64,000 nt of DNA from Nitrospinia bacterium (lineage in GTDB: Bacteria > Nitrospinota > Nitrospinia > JACRGO01): positions 1,616 through 65,615 of the forward strand of contig JAJDAS010000247.1 in the NCBI GenBank assembly GCA_029261755.1, in the 5' to 3' direction. Each line of letters begins with the position of its first letter. Position 1 is the first letter of the stretch. Positions 29,834-38,743 of this stretch are shown in pieces. Made by a program: the position numbers and the translations under genes. Under the pieces are notes generated by a model. The model was given only the letters and a program-made list of their open reading frames with translations, ran no database searches and was not told where the DNA came from.

Positions 29834-31342
29834 ATGGCAAATCAAGAGAACAACAGCTGGAAGTGCGTAGTATGCGGCTATATTCACCAGGGGCCTCATG
29901 CGCCGGATACCTGCCCCATCTGTGGAGCCCCCCAAAGCGATTTCGAGCCTCATACCACACCTGACAAACCGACAGTTTCCCAAGTCTCTCCCGGTAGTTG
30001 GAAATGCTTCGTCTGCGGGTATATCCACAGAGGCGGGGAACCGCCCGAATCATGCCCGATTTGCCAGGCCAAAGCAGATTGTTTTGAAGCCATGCAGCAT
30101 AAAGAGGCCATGGCAAAGAAAAGCGCCGGAATTGGCAAGGTTGTTATTGTCGGCGCGGGAATTGCCGGACTTTCGGCAGCCGAAGCTGTACGTTCCATCG
30201 ATCCTTCCTGCAAAATTATTCTTATCAATAAAGAATCTGCCTTACCCTATTACAGATTGAACCTGACTCGATACCTGGCTGGGGAAATCAGTGATGAAGA
30301 CCTCCCCATCCATTCGCAGTCCTGGTATGAAGAAAAGAATATTCAACTGATAGGTGGTGAGGAAGCTGCCTCAATCGACCTTCAAGGCAAGGCCATTCAT
30401 TTATCCGGCAATGAAAAAGAATCTTTTGATCGATTAATATTGACGGCCGGCGCCCATCCTTTTGTTCCTCCCTTACCTGGAACACAACGAAATGGAGTTG
30501 TAACCTTACGGACAGTGGACGATGCACGCTTAATTCTGGAGAAGGTAAAAACAGTCTCCAGGTGTATTTGCATTGGTGGAGGAATTTTGGGGTTGGAAAC
30601 GGCTGGAGCCATAGCTCGTCGGGGTATTGATGTCTCCGTTATTGAAGGCGTATCATGGCTCATGCCTCGGCAGTTGAATGAAAGAGGAGGAGAAATTCTT
30701 GCGCGTCGCGTGGAAGCCCTTGGTATTAAACTGTATCTAAATTCGCGAATATCCGAAATTGTGGGAGATGAAAGTGTTCGAGGCGTTGCTTTGCAAGATG
30801 GCAAAGTCTTGGACGCCGAATTGGTAATTATAACCACCGGTGTTCGACCCAATAGCTATCTGGCGCGTTTAGCAGGCCTGGATGTGAACCAGGGTGTTGT
30901 GGTGGACAATCATTTGAGGACCTCCAATCCCAACGTTTTTGCAGCAGGGGACATTGCCGAACACCTGGGGGTAGTTTATGGCATTTGGCCGGCATCTCAA
31001 TACCAGGGAACCATTGCCGGTATGAATGCCGCTGGACAAAACACCGAATTCGCTGGTATCCCAAGGTCAAATACCCTGAAGGTTCTTGGCATTGATGTGA
31101 TGAGTATCGGTAAAGTGGAGCCGGAAGATGCCAGTTACCAGGTTTTTGAACAAGAAGTTGACGGTGGGTATGTACGCTCCATGTTTCGTGATAACCACCT
31201 GGTGGGCGCCATTTTGGTTGGGGATACTTCTTTAACGGCGAAAGCTAGAGACGCCATTGAAAAAAAGGTGGATTTTTCCAGCATTTTGAGCAAGAAACCC
31301 ACCCCATCTCAAATAGCCGAAGATCTGGCTGCGAAAGCATGA
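29834..31342 (+). CDS. Tandem rubredoxin-like domains fused to an FAD/NAD(P)-dependent oxidoreductase (rubredoxin-reductase-like)
   Basis: Two Cys4 modules are present: WKCVVCGYIH...CPICG and WKCFVCGYIH...CPICQ. They are followed by dinucleotide folds (VVIVGAGIAGLSAA, CIGGGILGLE) and GD(I)A, as in pyridine-nucleotide-disulfide-family reductases. Confidence 0.85.
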   Translation: MANQENNSWKCVVCGYIHQGPHAPDTCPICGAPQSDFEPHTTPDKPTVSQVSPGSWKCFVCGYIHRGGEPPESCPICQAKADCFEAMQHKEAMAKKSAGIGKVVIVGAGIAGLSAAEAVRSIDPSCKIILINKESALPYYRLNLTRYLAGEISDEDLPIHSQSWYEEKNIQLIGGEEAASIDLQGKAIHLSGNEKESFDRLILTAGAHPFVPPLPGTQRNGVVTLRTVDDARLILEKVKTVSRCICIGGGILGLETAGAIARRGIDVSVIEGVSWLMPRQLNERGGEILARRVEALGIKLYLNSRISEIVGDESVRGVALQDGKVLDAELVIITTGVRPNSYLARLAGLDVNQGVVVDNHLRTSNPNVFAAGDIAEHLGVVYGIWPASQYQGTIAGMNAAGQNTEFAGIPRSNTLKVLGIDVMSIGKVEPEDASYQVFEQEVDGGYVRSMFRDNHLVGAILVGDTSLTAKARDAIEKKVDFSSILSKKPTPSQIAEDLAAKA

Positions 31343-31435
31343 TCAATGATTTGAGATTTATAGGCTTATTTCTAAAATTAGTTTGCTTTTAATATCAAGT
31401 TTCTGGAAGGGTTTTTTAGCAATTGTTTACTCCAT

Positions 31436-31990
31436 CTATTCCTGCTCGGGCAAGGTTATTGTAAAAACCGTTCCCTTACCCAACTCCGACTCCACGGTTA
31501 TTTCGCCTTCATGAGCATCGATAATATCCTTACAATACGGCAAACCCAACCCGGTGCCGGTTTCTCCCTTGGAACCAAGGGTTGTGGCTTTAATATGCTG
31601 CATAAAAAGATCTGGCATTATATCCGGGGCAATTCCGGGTCCGGTATCCTTTACTGATATTTCCGCCCGTCCATCCCTTGCTCCGTCAATGGTAATGATA
31701 TCCCCATCTCCGCAGAATTTGATTGCGTTGGATATCAAGTTCTGTAAAACCTGTGCCAACAATGACATATCCGCAGTCACACGAAACTCCTTCGGCGTAT
31801 TATTATGAATTTCAATTCCCTTGTTGCTCGCCAATTGATGGAGTGGAGACTTATAAAATGAGACAAGTGAATGTACATTGACATTCATTTTATTGGGTTT
31901 GATTTTTCCGATTTTTAACTTGCTGAGATCTAGTAAATCATCAATAAACTTGACCTGCGAACTCATATTCCGGGATATTTTGTCCATCAT
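31436..31990 (-). CDS. 5'-truncated histidine kinase module (second DHp helix plus HATPase_c, no phospho-acceptor His box); possible gene remnant
   Basis: The 184-aa ORF aligns with the transmitter regions of the kinases at 54170-57277 and 60134-62023, starting just after their H-box (FIDDLLDLSKLKIGKI.. versus TIDGLLDLSRLKAGHI..). N, G1 and G2 boxes are intact (NLISNAIKFC, DTGPGI, GTGLGL). No H-box coding is seen upstream. Confidence 0.6.
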   Translation of the reverse strand: MMDKISRNMSSQVKFIDDLLDLSKLKIGKIKPNKMNVNVHSLVSFYKSPLHQLASNKGIEIHNNTPKEFRVTADMSLLAQVLQNLISNAIKFCGDGDIITIDGARDGRAEISVKDTGPGIAPDIMPDLFMQHIKATTLGSKGETGTGLGLPYCKDIIDAHEGEITVESELGKGTVFTITLPEQE

Positions 31991-32306
31991 TGCGCATTTC
32001 TTTTCCTCGCTGAATCCACACTAATAAAATTTTAAAAATTAGTGAGGATCAGGGAAGATTAGTGGTTAATAAAAAAAAATCAAATATCTTTTGCCTGAAT
32101 AATTACAAAAGAGCCATTATACTCCATGAAAAAACATGTATGCCAATTCCGGTTAGCAAAATTACGTTCGCATCGCCCATCGGAAAGAAGTCTATTAATT
32201 AGTTACCATTAGTGGCTAAAATTTTGCTTTTCCGATTTTTCCATGGCTCCCTGCATTCCTAAGCGCAATTATTGTTTTTAACACGAGATTACACACCTAT
32301 CAAATC

Positions 32307-32336
32307 TTGACATAGCTCCGTATTTTCGGCGATAAT
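32307..32336 (+). promoter_or_regulatory. Putative sigma-70 promoter giving a (near-)leaderless AAA-ATPase mRNA
   Basis: TTGACA (32307-32312) is followed by an 18-nt spacer and GATAAT (32331-32336). The ATG is at 32344, only 7 nt after the -10 box. A 10-bp perfect hairpin, GCTCCGTATT-N9-AATACGGAGC (32315-32343), overlaps the spacer and -10. Confidence 0.4.
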
Positions 32337-32343
32337 ACGGAGC

Positions 32344-33534
32344 ATGGTCCCTAATGCGATAATTACAAGATTGCTATCCAAACCGCTGAAACATCACTTA
32401 AAGCGCGGCAAAAGTATTTTGCTTCTAGGCCCCCGTCAAGTTGGTAAAACTACATTACTCAGGAATATTAAGTCAGATCTCCTGATAACTCTTTTACGTC
32501 CAACCATTAGGATCAGCTACGAAAAGGATCCCGAAAAACTTTTGCGGGAAATTAAAGGATTAGGCATAAAAAAGCCTCTGGTGATCGTTGATGAGATTCA
32601 AAAAGTTCCGGCCTTGCTGGATATTATTCAAGAGATTATCGATGAAAAAGAAGCCCAGTTTGTTTTAACAGGCTCTTCCGCCCGAAAACTAAAGAGGCAA
32701 AAAAGCGTTAATTTGCTGCCGGGAAGGGTTGTATCGTTGCGTTTGGATTCGCTTATTCTTGAAGAAATGAAAAAACCGGATTTGAACACATTGTTGTTTT
32801 ACGGTTCTTTGCCGGAAGTATTTCTTACTCAATCAAATAACGACAAAGAGATTGATCTTAAGACGTATGTGGAAACATACCTTGAAGAAGAGGTCCGTAT
32901 TGAGTCTTTAGTGAGAGAGCTTGCTCCCTTTGCAAGATTCATTGAGCTGGCTGGAATCGAATCCGGCAAAACGATTAACTATTTATCTATTTCTCAAGAG
33001 ATTGGCGTTGACGCCAAAACCATAACAAACTATTTTGAAATATTGTTTGACTGCTTAATCGCTGAAAGGGTGGACCCTTTAACCCATAGTCTCACAAGAA
33101 AAAAACTCATAAAGTCTAGCCGGTATCTTTTTTTCGATTTAGGAGTTCGCCGTTTGGCTGCTGAAGAAGGAACAAGAGTCACCCCTGAAAGAACGGGGGA
33201 GTTATTTGAACAATTTGTCGGGATTGAACTAATCAGGCTGCTTCGATTGCACAAATCGAGCGGAAAGCTTAAATTCTGGCGAGATCCGGATGGAGTAGAA
33301 ATTGATTGGGTTATAGATTATAAAAAAATATACGTTCCCATAGAGGTAAAATACTCAAACAAACCATCCCGAAAACATATAAAAAACCTAAAGACATTTA
33401 TGGCGGAGTATGAAAATGCCGGGGAAGGATTTATCGTTTGCCGATGTGAAAGAAAACAAAAGTTAGCGGATAATATAACGGCAATACCCTGGGATAAGTT
33501 ACATTTGATTTTGGATGTGTTAAAAGACGAGTAA
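32344..33534 (+). CDS. AAA+ ATPase with a DUF4143-type C-terminal domain
   Basis: 396-aa ORF with Walker A (LLGPRQVGKTTL) and Walker B (LVIVDEIQ), and a C-terminal region typical of the AAA_14/DUF4143 family. It is AT-richer than the housekeeping neighbours. Confidence 0.85.
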   Translation: MVPNAIITRLLSKPLKHHLKRGKSILLLGPRQVGKTTLLRNIKSDLLITLLRPTIRISYEKDPEKLLREIKGLGIKKPLVIVDEIQKVPALLDIIQEIIDEKEAQFVLTGSSARKLKRQKSVNLLPGRVVSLRLDSLILEEMKKPDLNTLLFYGSLPEVFLTQSNNDKEIDLKTYVETYLEEEVRIESLVRELAPFARFIELAGIESGKTINYLSISQEIGVDAKTITNYFEILFDCLIAERVDPLTHSLTRKKLIKSSRYLFFDLGVRRLAAEEGTRVTPERTGELFEQFVGIELIRLLRLHKSSGKLKFWRDPDGVEIDWVIDYKKIYVPIEVKYSNKPSRKHIKNLKTFMAEYENAGEGFIVCRCERKQKLADNITAIPWDKLHLILDVLKDE

Positions 33535-33951
33535 GGGATTAAGAAATCTACAAGAAATGGGACAGGCTTCCACTTCTTTTTTTTTCCTTCCGCTGCCGCG
33601 ATGCGGGATTTCCACAGGTCCACCTCCGCGCAATGCAGGCCGTATTTCATTTCTTCCGTCTTTTCCACTGCCACTTTCGCAAAATGGGGTCTCGATATTG
33701 AAAAGATTAAGCTTGGGGAAAAAGGAGAATGAAACTAAAAACGGAAAAAATGGCGAGAAAAAGCCAATCATGTTGATGGAGATTACACCTTATTAGAGAA
33801 TAAAGAGGAGGGAAAAAGATCAGGAAAGCCTTGTTGAAATATATCTGGTTAGATACTTTCGCAATAGAAAAAATTGTTCAATGAAAAACTGTGAGGGTTT
33901 GAGCCGTGAAAATACTTGTAAGCCATTGTATTTAAAGGGAAATATCAAAAA

Positions 33952-34038
33952 TGGTGCCGATGGGGAGAGTCGAACTCCCACAGGGTTGCCCCCACAGGAT
34001 TCTGAGTCCTGCGTGTCTACCAGTTCCACCACATCGGC
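33952..34038 (-). tRNA. tRNA-Leu (anticodon CAG)
   Basis: The reverse complement is GCCGATGTGGTGGAACTGGTAGACACGCAGGACTCAGAATCCTGTGGGGGCAACCCTGTGGGAGTTCGACTCTCCCCATCGGCACCA. The acceptor stem is GCCGATG/CATCGGC and the anticodon stem-loop is CAGGA-CTCAGAA-TCCTG. It has a long variable arm, the T-arm GGGAG-TTCGACT-CTCCC, and an encoded CCA. Confidence 0.95.
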
Positions 34039-34087
34039 TACACATCCATTTTAGAAACGAATAAGCCAACCTATTCGTATAAAGATC

Positions 34088-34435
34088 TTACCCTTCTTCT
34101 TTTTGATTCTGACACGCAACGCAGTATCTGGTATACGGGACGGCCTCCAGCCTTCCTTTAGGAATCTTCTCCTCGCAAGCATCGCAAATGCCGTATGTTT
34201 CTTCGGAAATCTTTGCCAACGCCAACTCAACAAGCTTTAACTCTTCTCTTTCTTTTTCTCCAAGGTTCAGGATTACTTGCCGTGTATAGGTTCTGGAAGC
34301 TTCATCGCTAATATCCGGTACGCCACCCTTGACTTCGTCTTTGCTATCCCGCCTGGCCTTTTCCACCCCGCCCACCAACCTGTCTCTGATGGCCGTTAGT
34401 TTTTGTTCAAACTTTTCCATCTTATCTTTTTCCAT
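34088..34435 (-). CDS. DksA/TraR-family C4 zinc-finger protein
   Basis: 115-aa ORF with a coiled-coil N-terminus and CDACEEKIPKGRLEAVPYTRYCVACQ (CxxC-N17-CxxC). Confidence 0.85.
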   Translation of the reverse strand: MEKDKMEKFEQKLTAIRDRLVGGVEKARRDSKDEVKGGVPDISDEASRTYTRQVILNLGEKEREELKLVELALAKISEETYGICDACEEKIPKGRLEAVPYTRYCVACQNQKEEG

Positions 34436-34806
34436 TAGTCATCCTCCGATATTTTTGCGCCGTTAAATTCCACTTTGGGAACATCTTCCCACAAGCGCTC
34501 TATTTCATAATATTTCCGTGCATCCAAATGAAAAATATGAACTACAATATCACAGTAGTCAAGCAGAATCCATTTTGCAACATCATAGCCTTCGATCCCG
34601 GTTGGCCTCACCCCAACCTCTTTTAACTTTGCAACTACTTCGTCGGCAATGGCCTTGACTTGCCGTGTGGAGTCACCACTACAAATCATGAAAAAGTCGG
34701 CTGCTGAGGAAACGCCACGAATATCTAATGTTAAAACATCCGATGCTTTTTTATTTTGAGCGGCATGGAAACCTATCTCCGCTTTTTTCAATAAGGTAAT
34801 ATCCAT
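34435..34806 (-). CDS. rsfS: Ribosome silencing factor RsfS
   Basis: 123-aa ORF with FFMICSGDSTRQVKAIAD and WILLDYCDIVVHIFH..R.YYEIERLW, characteristic of the RsfS/IojAP family. Confidence 0.9.
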   Translation of the reverse strand: MDITLLKKAEIGFHAAQNKKASDVLTLDIRGVSSAADFFMICSGDSTRQVKAIADEVVAKLKEVGVRPTGIEGYDVAKWILLDYCDIVVHIFHLDARKYYEIERLWEDVPKVEFNGAKISEDD

Positions 34807-34817
34807 AAAATGAGAGT

Positions 34818-35488
34818 TTAGTTCTTATAAACTGCGTGATCAATTATATATTTTTCCACTGCCTGGGGTAAATGATGGGAAATATCTTGCCCCTTTTGAG
34901 CTTTGCCCCTGATTTCCGTCGCTGAAATAGGGACGGGGGTGGTTTCAAAAATAAACACAGAAAATGGTGACCTTTCCGCCTTAATGGAACGGCACTTATA
35001 CTCTTCTCCACCATCGGTTTCGACAAAATGTATATTTTTAAAAACCGGATTTTGGAAAACATGTTCCGCGTTTTCCATCAAAAAACCAGGTCTGGTAGTT
35101 ACTATCAAATTGGTGGTAAAAAAAATTTCTCCAGCCTCTCTCCAAGTGGGTATTTCAAAAAAGGAATCTACCCCCATGACAAAAAAAAATCCTGCCCTTG
35201 CCGAGCTTCTTGTTTCAATTGCCTCAAAGTATCAATGGTGTATGAGGTTCCTTTCCGGTAAATTTCGGTGGAACTCAAAACGAACCGTCTGTCAACGCGA
35301 ATCCCCAACTCCGTCATGTGGAGACGGTGCTCTGCGGGAGCGACTTCACTTTCTTCCTTGTGCGGAGGGATATAAGCGGGAATGAATAATACCTTCTCCA
35401 GTGCAAACCGGTCAGCTACTTCCGATGCGGAACGTAAATGGCCGTAATGGATCGGATTGAACGTTCCTCCCATGATTCCGATGGACAT
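34818..35488 (-). pseudogene. nadD: Nicotinate-nucleotide adenylyltransferase (nadD) split by a -1 frameshift in a homopolymer
   Basis: The N-terminal ORF 35168-35488 (GIMGGTFNPIHYGHL...) and the C-terminal ORF 34818-35177 (MGVDSFFEIPTWREAGEI...ISATEIR) are consecutive NadD segments. The run at 35181-35189 (A9 on +, T9 on the coding strand) interrupts them. One extra T would restore ...QDFFFVMGVDSFFEIPTW... Confidence 0.85.
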
Positions 35489-35510
35489 AAAGATACACCT
35501 TGGATTAGTT

Positions 35511-35530
35511 TAAAAATCCGCCAAGCGGAC
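35511..35530 (-). terminator. Possible small intrinsic terminator (minus strand)
   Basis: On the minus strand, TCCGC-TTG-GCGGA is followed by TTTTTA. The stem is short (5 bp), and the site lies about 175 nt downstream of the DUF1566 gene stop. Confidence 0.3.
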
Positions 35531-35703
35531 GTTTGAAATTATTAAACCGGAAGAAGAAAATTTAGCCAAAAAGTGTTTAATTATCAATGATTTACCATTG
35601 TTATGTCAATAGCCGCCAGCCTCGTTGAGTTCCCTGGGAAACAGTTTTTTCTGCTTTGAAATTTTAAATGGTGATTTTTAAGCGAACCAAAAAAGAGAAT
35701 GAA

Positions 35704-36204
35704 TTACTCTAGATCCCGCACCGGCCAAATAAATCCCACCGTATCTTTTTGCATGGGGACTGCAATACCCTCAATGGGGAAAACCATCCAATAAGAGCGC
35801 CCGACCTTTATTGGGGAGGATGTCCAATACATCGATAATATACTCCCAAAAGGGTTATTCATTTGTTGCTGAGCAATGCGAATCAGCAAATCAGCTTCTT
35901 CCCTGGTTGGAAGTCTCCAATCGCTATGACCGGCAAAGGAAAAGACTTTGAGAGTTACTTCCGCTATCTTCCAAGTGGCAAGAGGCAAATCCTTCTTTGG
36001 AAAAAAATTGCAAGCAAGTTCTTCCTTTTTTTGTTTGCAAAGGTCCCCAAAAAAGTTTGGTTTTTTTATCCACATCAGCTTGCTTTTGGCATCGATAATG
36101 GTACCATCGCCATTATCTTTAAACCTTTCTCTTTCTTCAGATGCGGAAACAGTTTGAGACCCTACAAGTATCAATAAGCATAGAAAAATAAATATTTTTT
36201 GCAT
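35704..36204 (-). CDS. Secreted DUF1566 (Lcl C-terminal-like) domain protein
   Basis: It has a signal peptide (MQKIFIFLCLLILVGSQTVSA). The motifs DGTIIDAKSKLMWIKK, HSDWRLPTREEADLL, YWTSS and VRDL match the DUF1566 pattern. Confidence 0.75.
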   Translation of the reverse strand: MQKIFIFLCLLILVGSQTVSASEERERFKDNGDGTIIDAKSKLMWIKKPNFFGDLCKQKKEELACNFFPKKDLPLATWKIAEVTLKVFSFAGHSDWRLPTREEADLLIRIAQQQMNNPFGSILSMYWTSSPIKVGRSYWMVFPIEGIAVPMQKDTVGFIWPVRDLE

Positions 36205-36832
36205 CTTTTTTGCCTTTCAGTAACAATTTTGCCATTCATTCCATACATTACTTTGTTTAACTTCTTAAAAGACTCTATCATTGGAAGAAAACATTATATC
36301 TTTCTACACTTTGGAATATCAATTATGTTGGAATCAAAAAATTCATGCCCCACGGTTCCAGAGACTTCTTCATCCGCTTCCGGTTGAGGGCACCATGCCC
36401 GATGTTGAGTCTTACTTTCAGGATTCACCCCGTTAGCAATAGGGAAAAGGCGTACAATATCTTCCAGATTTTAGCGTTTTCCTGTATCTCGTTTTCATGA
36501 TTCCTAACGGATTAAAAATCTTGAAAAGGGCGCCGGTAGAAATGTGCCTTGACAAAGGAAGGTTTTTGACTTTAATACGCTACTCTGCTAATCTTTTGCC
36601 AAATTTGGAGCCAAAAATAAAACACTCTAATTTCTTTCCATTTTCATCCTGTCATTGTGGCAAAGATTCGTGAAATTTCTCCTATAGGCTGAAAATATAG
36701 CAAAAGATATTTGGAATTTTTTACCGTTCCTAAGAATGTCTGCAAATAAAACCTCTTCACACAGGTTCCCGCAAATCTTTCTACATTCAAGTTTCTAAAT
36801 TTTTTTAGACAGTGTAAATTTGTCATAAGCAA

Positions 36833-38713
36833 GTGGCTATAAAAGAGAAAAAGAACATTTTGTCCAGGGACTACCTGGAAAATATTATCCACTTCATGAG
36901 TGAAACATTGTTTGTCATATCTCCGCAGGGAGCTATAACCATGGCAAACCAGGCCCTTTGTGATCTCTTGGGTTATGAGAAAGAAGAATTGGTCGGCGAA
37001 CCCGCAAGTAAAATCATGGAATGGGATGAATCTCTAGAAGGAAAAAACATTGACGGATTTTTTCATCCGGGGTTGAGCCGAAATATAGAAGTTAGCTATC
37101 ACTCAAAAGCCGGATTGAAGATTCCCGTCCTTTTTTCCACCTCTGAAATGCGAGACGGCCATGGCAATAACCAGGGACTGGTATGTGTGGCGCGGGAGAT
37201 ATCGGAACGCAAACAGGCGGAAGAGAGGCTTAAAGAAAGTGAAGAGCGTTTTCGTCAGATTGCCGAAAACATCCGGGAAGTTTTTTACGTTCTTTCATTA
37301 AATGAAAATAAGATTCTCTACATCAGTTCGGGTTATGAAGAAATTTGGGGGTGTTCCTGCGAAAGCCTTTATAAAGACCCTCATTCCTGGGCCAATTCCA
37401 TTCACCTAGATGACCAAGAGAGGATCAAAACTTCCTACGATAAAATGGCGGTTGGAGGTTTCAACGAAGAATATCGCATCCTTCAGCCCGATGGAACCTT
37501 ACGGTGGATCAGAGACCGCAGTTTTCCTGTTTTCGACCAATCAGGCAGGATATACCGGCATGTGGGAATCGCGGAAGACATAACGGAAATCAAGAGGGCG
37601 GATCAAGCTTTGAGACAAAGTGAAGAGCAGCTTCGTCTCATAACGGATTCTCTCCCGACCCTTATTGCCTACGTAGATTCGGGTGAGCGTTACCGATTTA
37701 ACAATAAGGCGTATGAGGACTGGTTTCAACATTCACGCGATGAAATTTTCGGAAAGTCCATTAGAGAAGTTCTGGGTAAGGGGGCTTATGAGCTGATTAA
37801 AAAACATGCCAGGAATGCCTTATCAGGAAAGAAAGTATCTTTTGACACATTATTACCTTATCAAAAAGGCGGGACTCGTTTTGTTCATGCCACTTATGTT
37901 CCATACTTTGAAGGAGAGGGAAAGACCAAAGGTTTTTTTGTTCTGGTTGAGGATCTTACGCACAAAAAAAGGGCCGAAAAGGAAAAAGAAGAAATCCAGG
38001 CTCAGCTCCTCCAGGCCCAAAAGCTGGAGGCCATAGGGAGTTTGGCGGCAGGCGTGGCGCATGAGATCAACAATCCTATCAACTCTATTATCAACTACGC
38101 GCAGTTATTAAAGGATGATTATAAAGAGGGAACCGAGGGTGAAAATATTTCCGGCCGAATTGTTAAGGAAGGTGAACGAATTGAAAACATCGTTTCAAGC
38201 CTCCTTTCTTTCGCCAGGGTCGATAAGGAGAAAAGCCTTCCTGTCCGCCTTCATGAGATAATCTCCGGCTCTCTGGCTCTTGCCAAGACACAAATCCGAA
38301 AAGACAGTATTATCCTTAAAGTGGACGTCCCTTCGGATTTGCCCAAAATATTAGCAAGCCCAAATAATATTCAACAGGTCTTTTTGAACATCATCAATAA
38401 CGCGCAATATGCCTTGAATAGTAAATACGCGGGATCGAATGAAGGGAAAATCCTTAAAATCATGGGTGAAGAAGTGGCAATCAATAACCGTTCCCACGCT
38501 CGGATTACCTTTTATGATCAAGGGACCGGAATTCCCTCGGATATACTGGAAAAGATAACGGACCCGTTTTTTTCCACTAAACCCAAGAGTAAAGGTTCCG
38601 GTTTAGGGTTGAGCATCAGCCATGGCATTATTACTAACCATGGAGGCAGGATTACTTTTGAGAGTTCCGAAGGGGAGTTTACTAAGGTAATGATAGATCT
38701 TCCGGTAACTTAA
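36833..38713 (+). CDS. Multi-PAS sensor histidine kinase (soluble)
   Basis: 626-aa ORF with three PAS-like segments (the signature WIRDRSFPVFD, among others), the H-box GVAHEINNPINSI and HATPase boxes (NIINNAQYAL, DQGTGIP, GSGLGLSIS). The GTG start is uncertain. Confidence 0.88.
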   Translation: MAIKEKKNILSRDYLENIIHFMSETLFVISPQGAITMANQALCDLLGYEKEELVGEPASKIMEWDESLEGKNIDGFFHPGLSRNIEVSYHSKAGLKIPVLFSTSEMRDGHGNNQGLVCVAREISERKQAEERLKESEERFRQIAENIREVFYVLSLNENKILYISSGYEEIWGCSCESLYKDPHSWANSIHLDDQERIKTSYDKMAVGGFNEEYRILQPDGTLRWIRDRSFPVFDQSGRIYRHVGIAEDITEIKRADQALRQSEEQLRLITDSLPTLIAYVDSGERYRFNNKAYEDWFQHSRDEIFGKSIREVLGKGAYELIKKHARNALSGKKVSFDTLLPYQKGGTRFVHATYVPYFEGEGKTKGFFVLVEDLTHKKRAEKEKEEIQAQLLQAQKLEAIGSLAAGVAHEINNPINSIINYAQLLKDDYKEGTEGENISGRIVKEGERIENIVSSLLSFARVDKEKSLPVRLHEIISGSLALAKTQIRKDSIILKVDVPSDLPKILASPNNIQQVFLNIINNAQYALNSKYAGSNEGKILKIMGEEVAINNRSHARITFYDQGTGIPSDILEKITDPFFSTKPKSKGSGLGLSISHGIITNHGGRITFESSEGEFTKVMIDLPVT

Positions 38714-38743
38714 AATTTCAGATTGCACGAGAAAATATTGAAA

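Noticed and set aside
31343-33951. A bona fide tRNA-Leu-integrated genomic island with att repeats.
   Set aside because: I found no direct repeat of the tRNA-Leu 3' end within the window, and there is no integrase in the block. It is kept only as an 'island-like remnant' in the findings.
33820-34032. A 70-aa ORF overlapping tRNA-Leu, and ORF 62378-62584 overlapping tRNA-Asn.
   Set aside because: Both are explained by canonical cloverleaf tRNA genes with encoded CCA. The ORFs are read-throughs of structural RNA.
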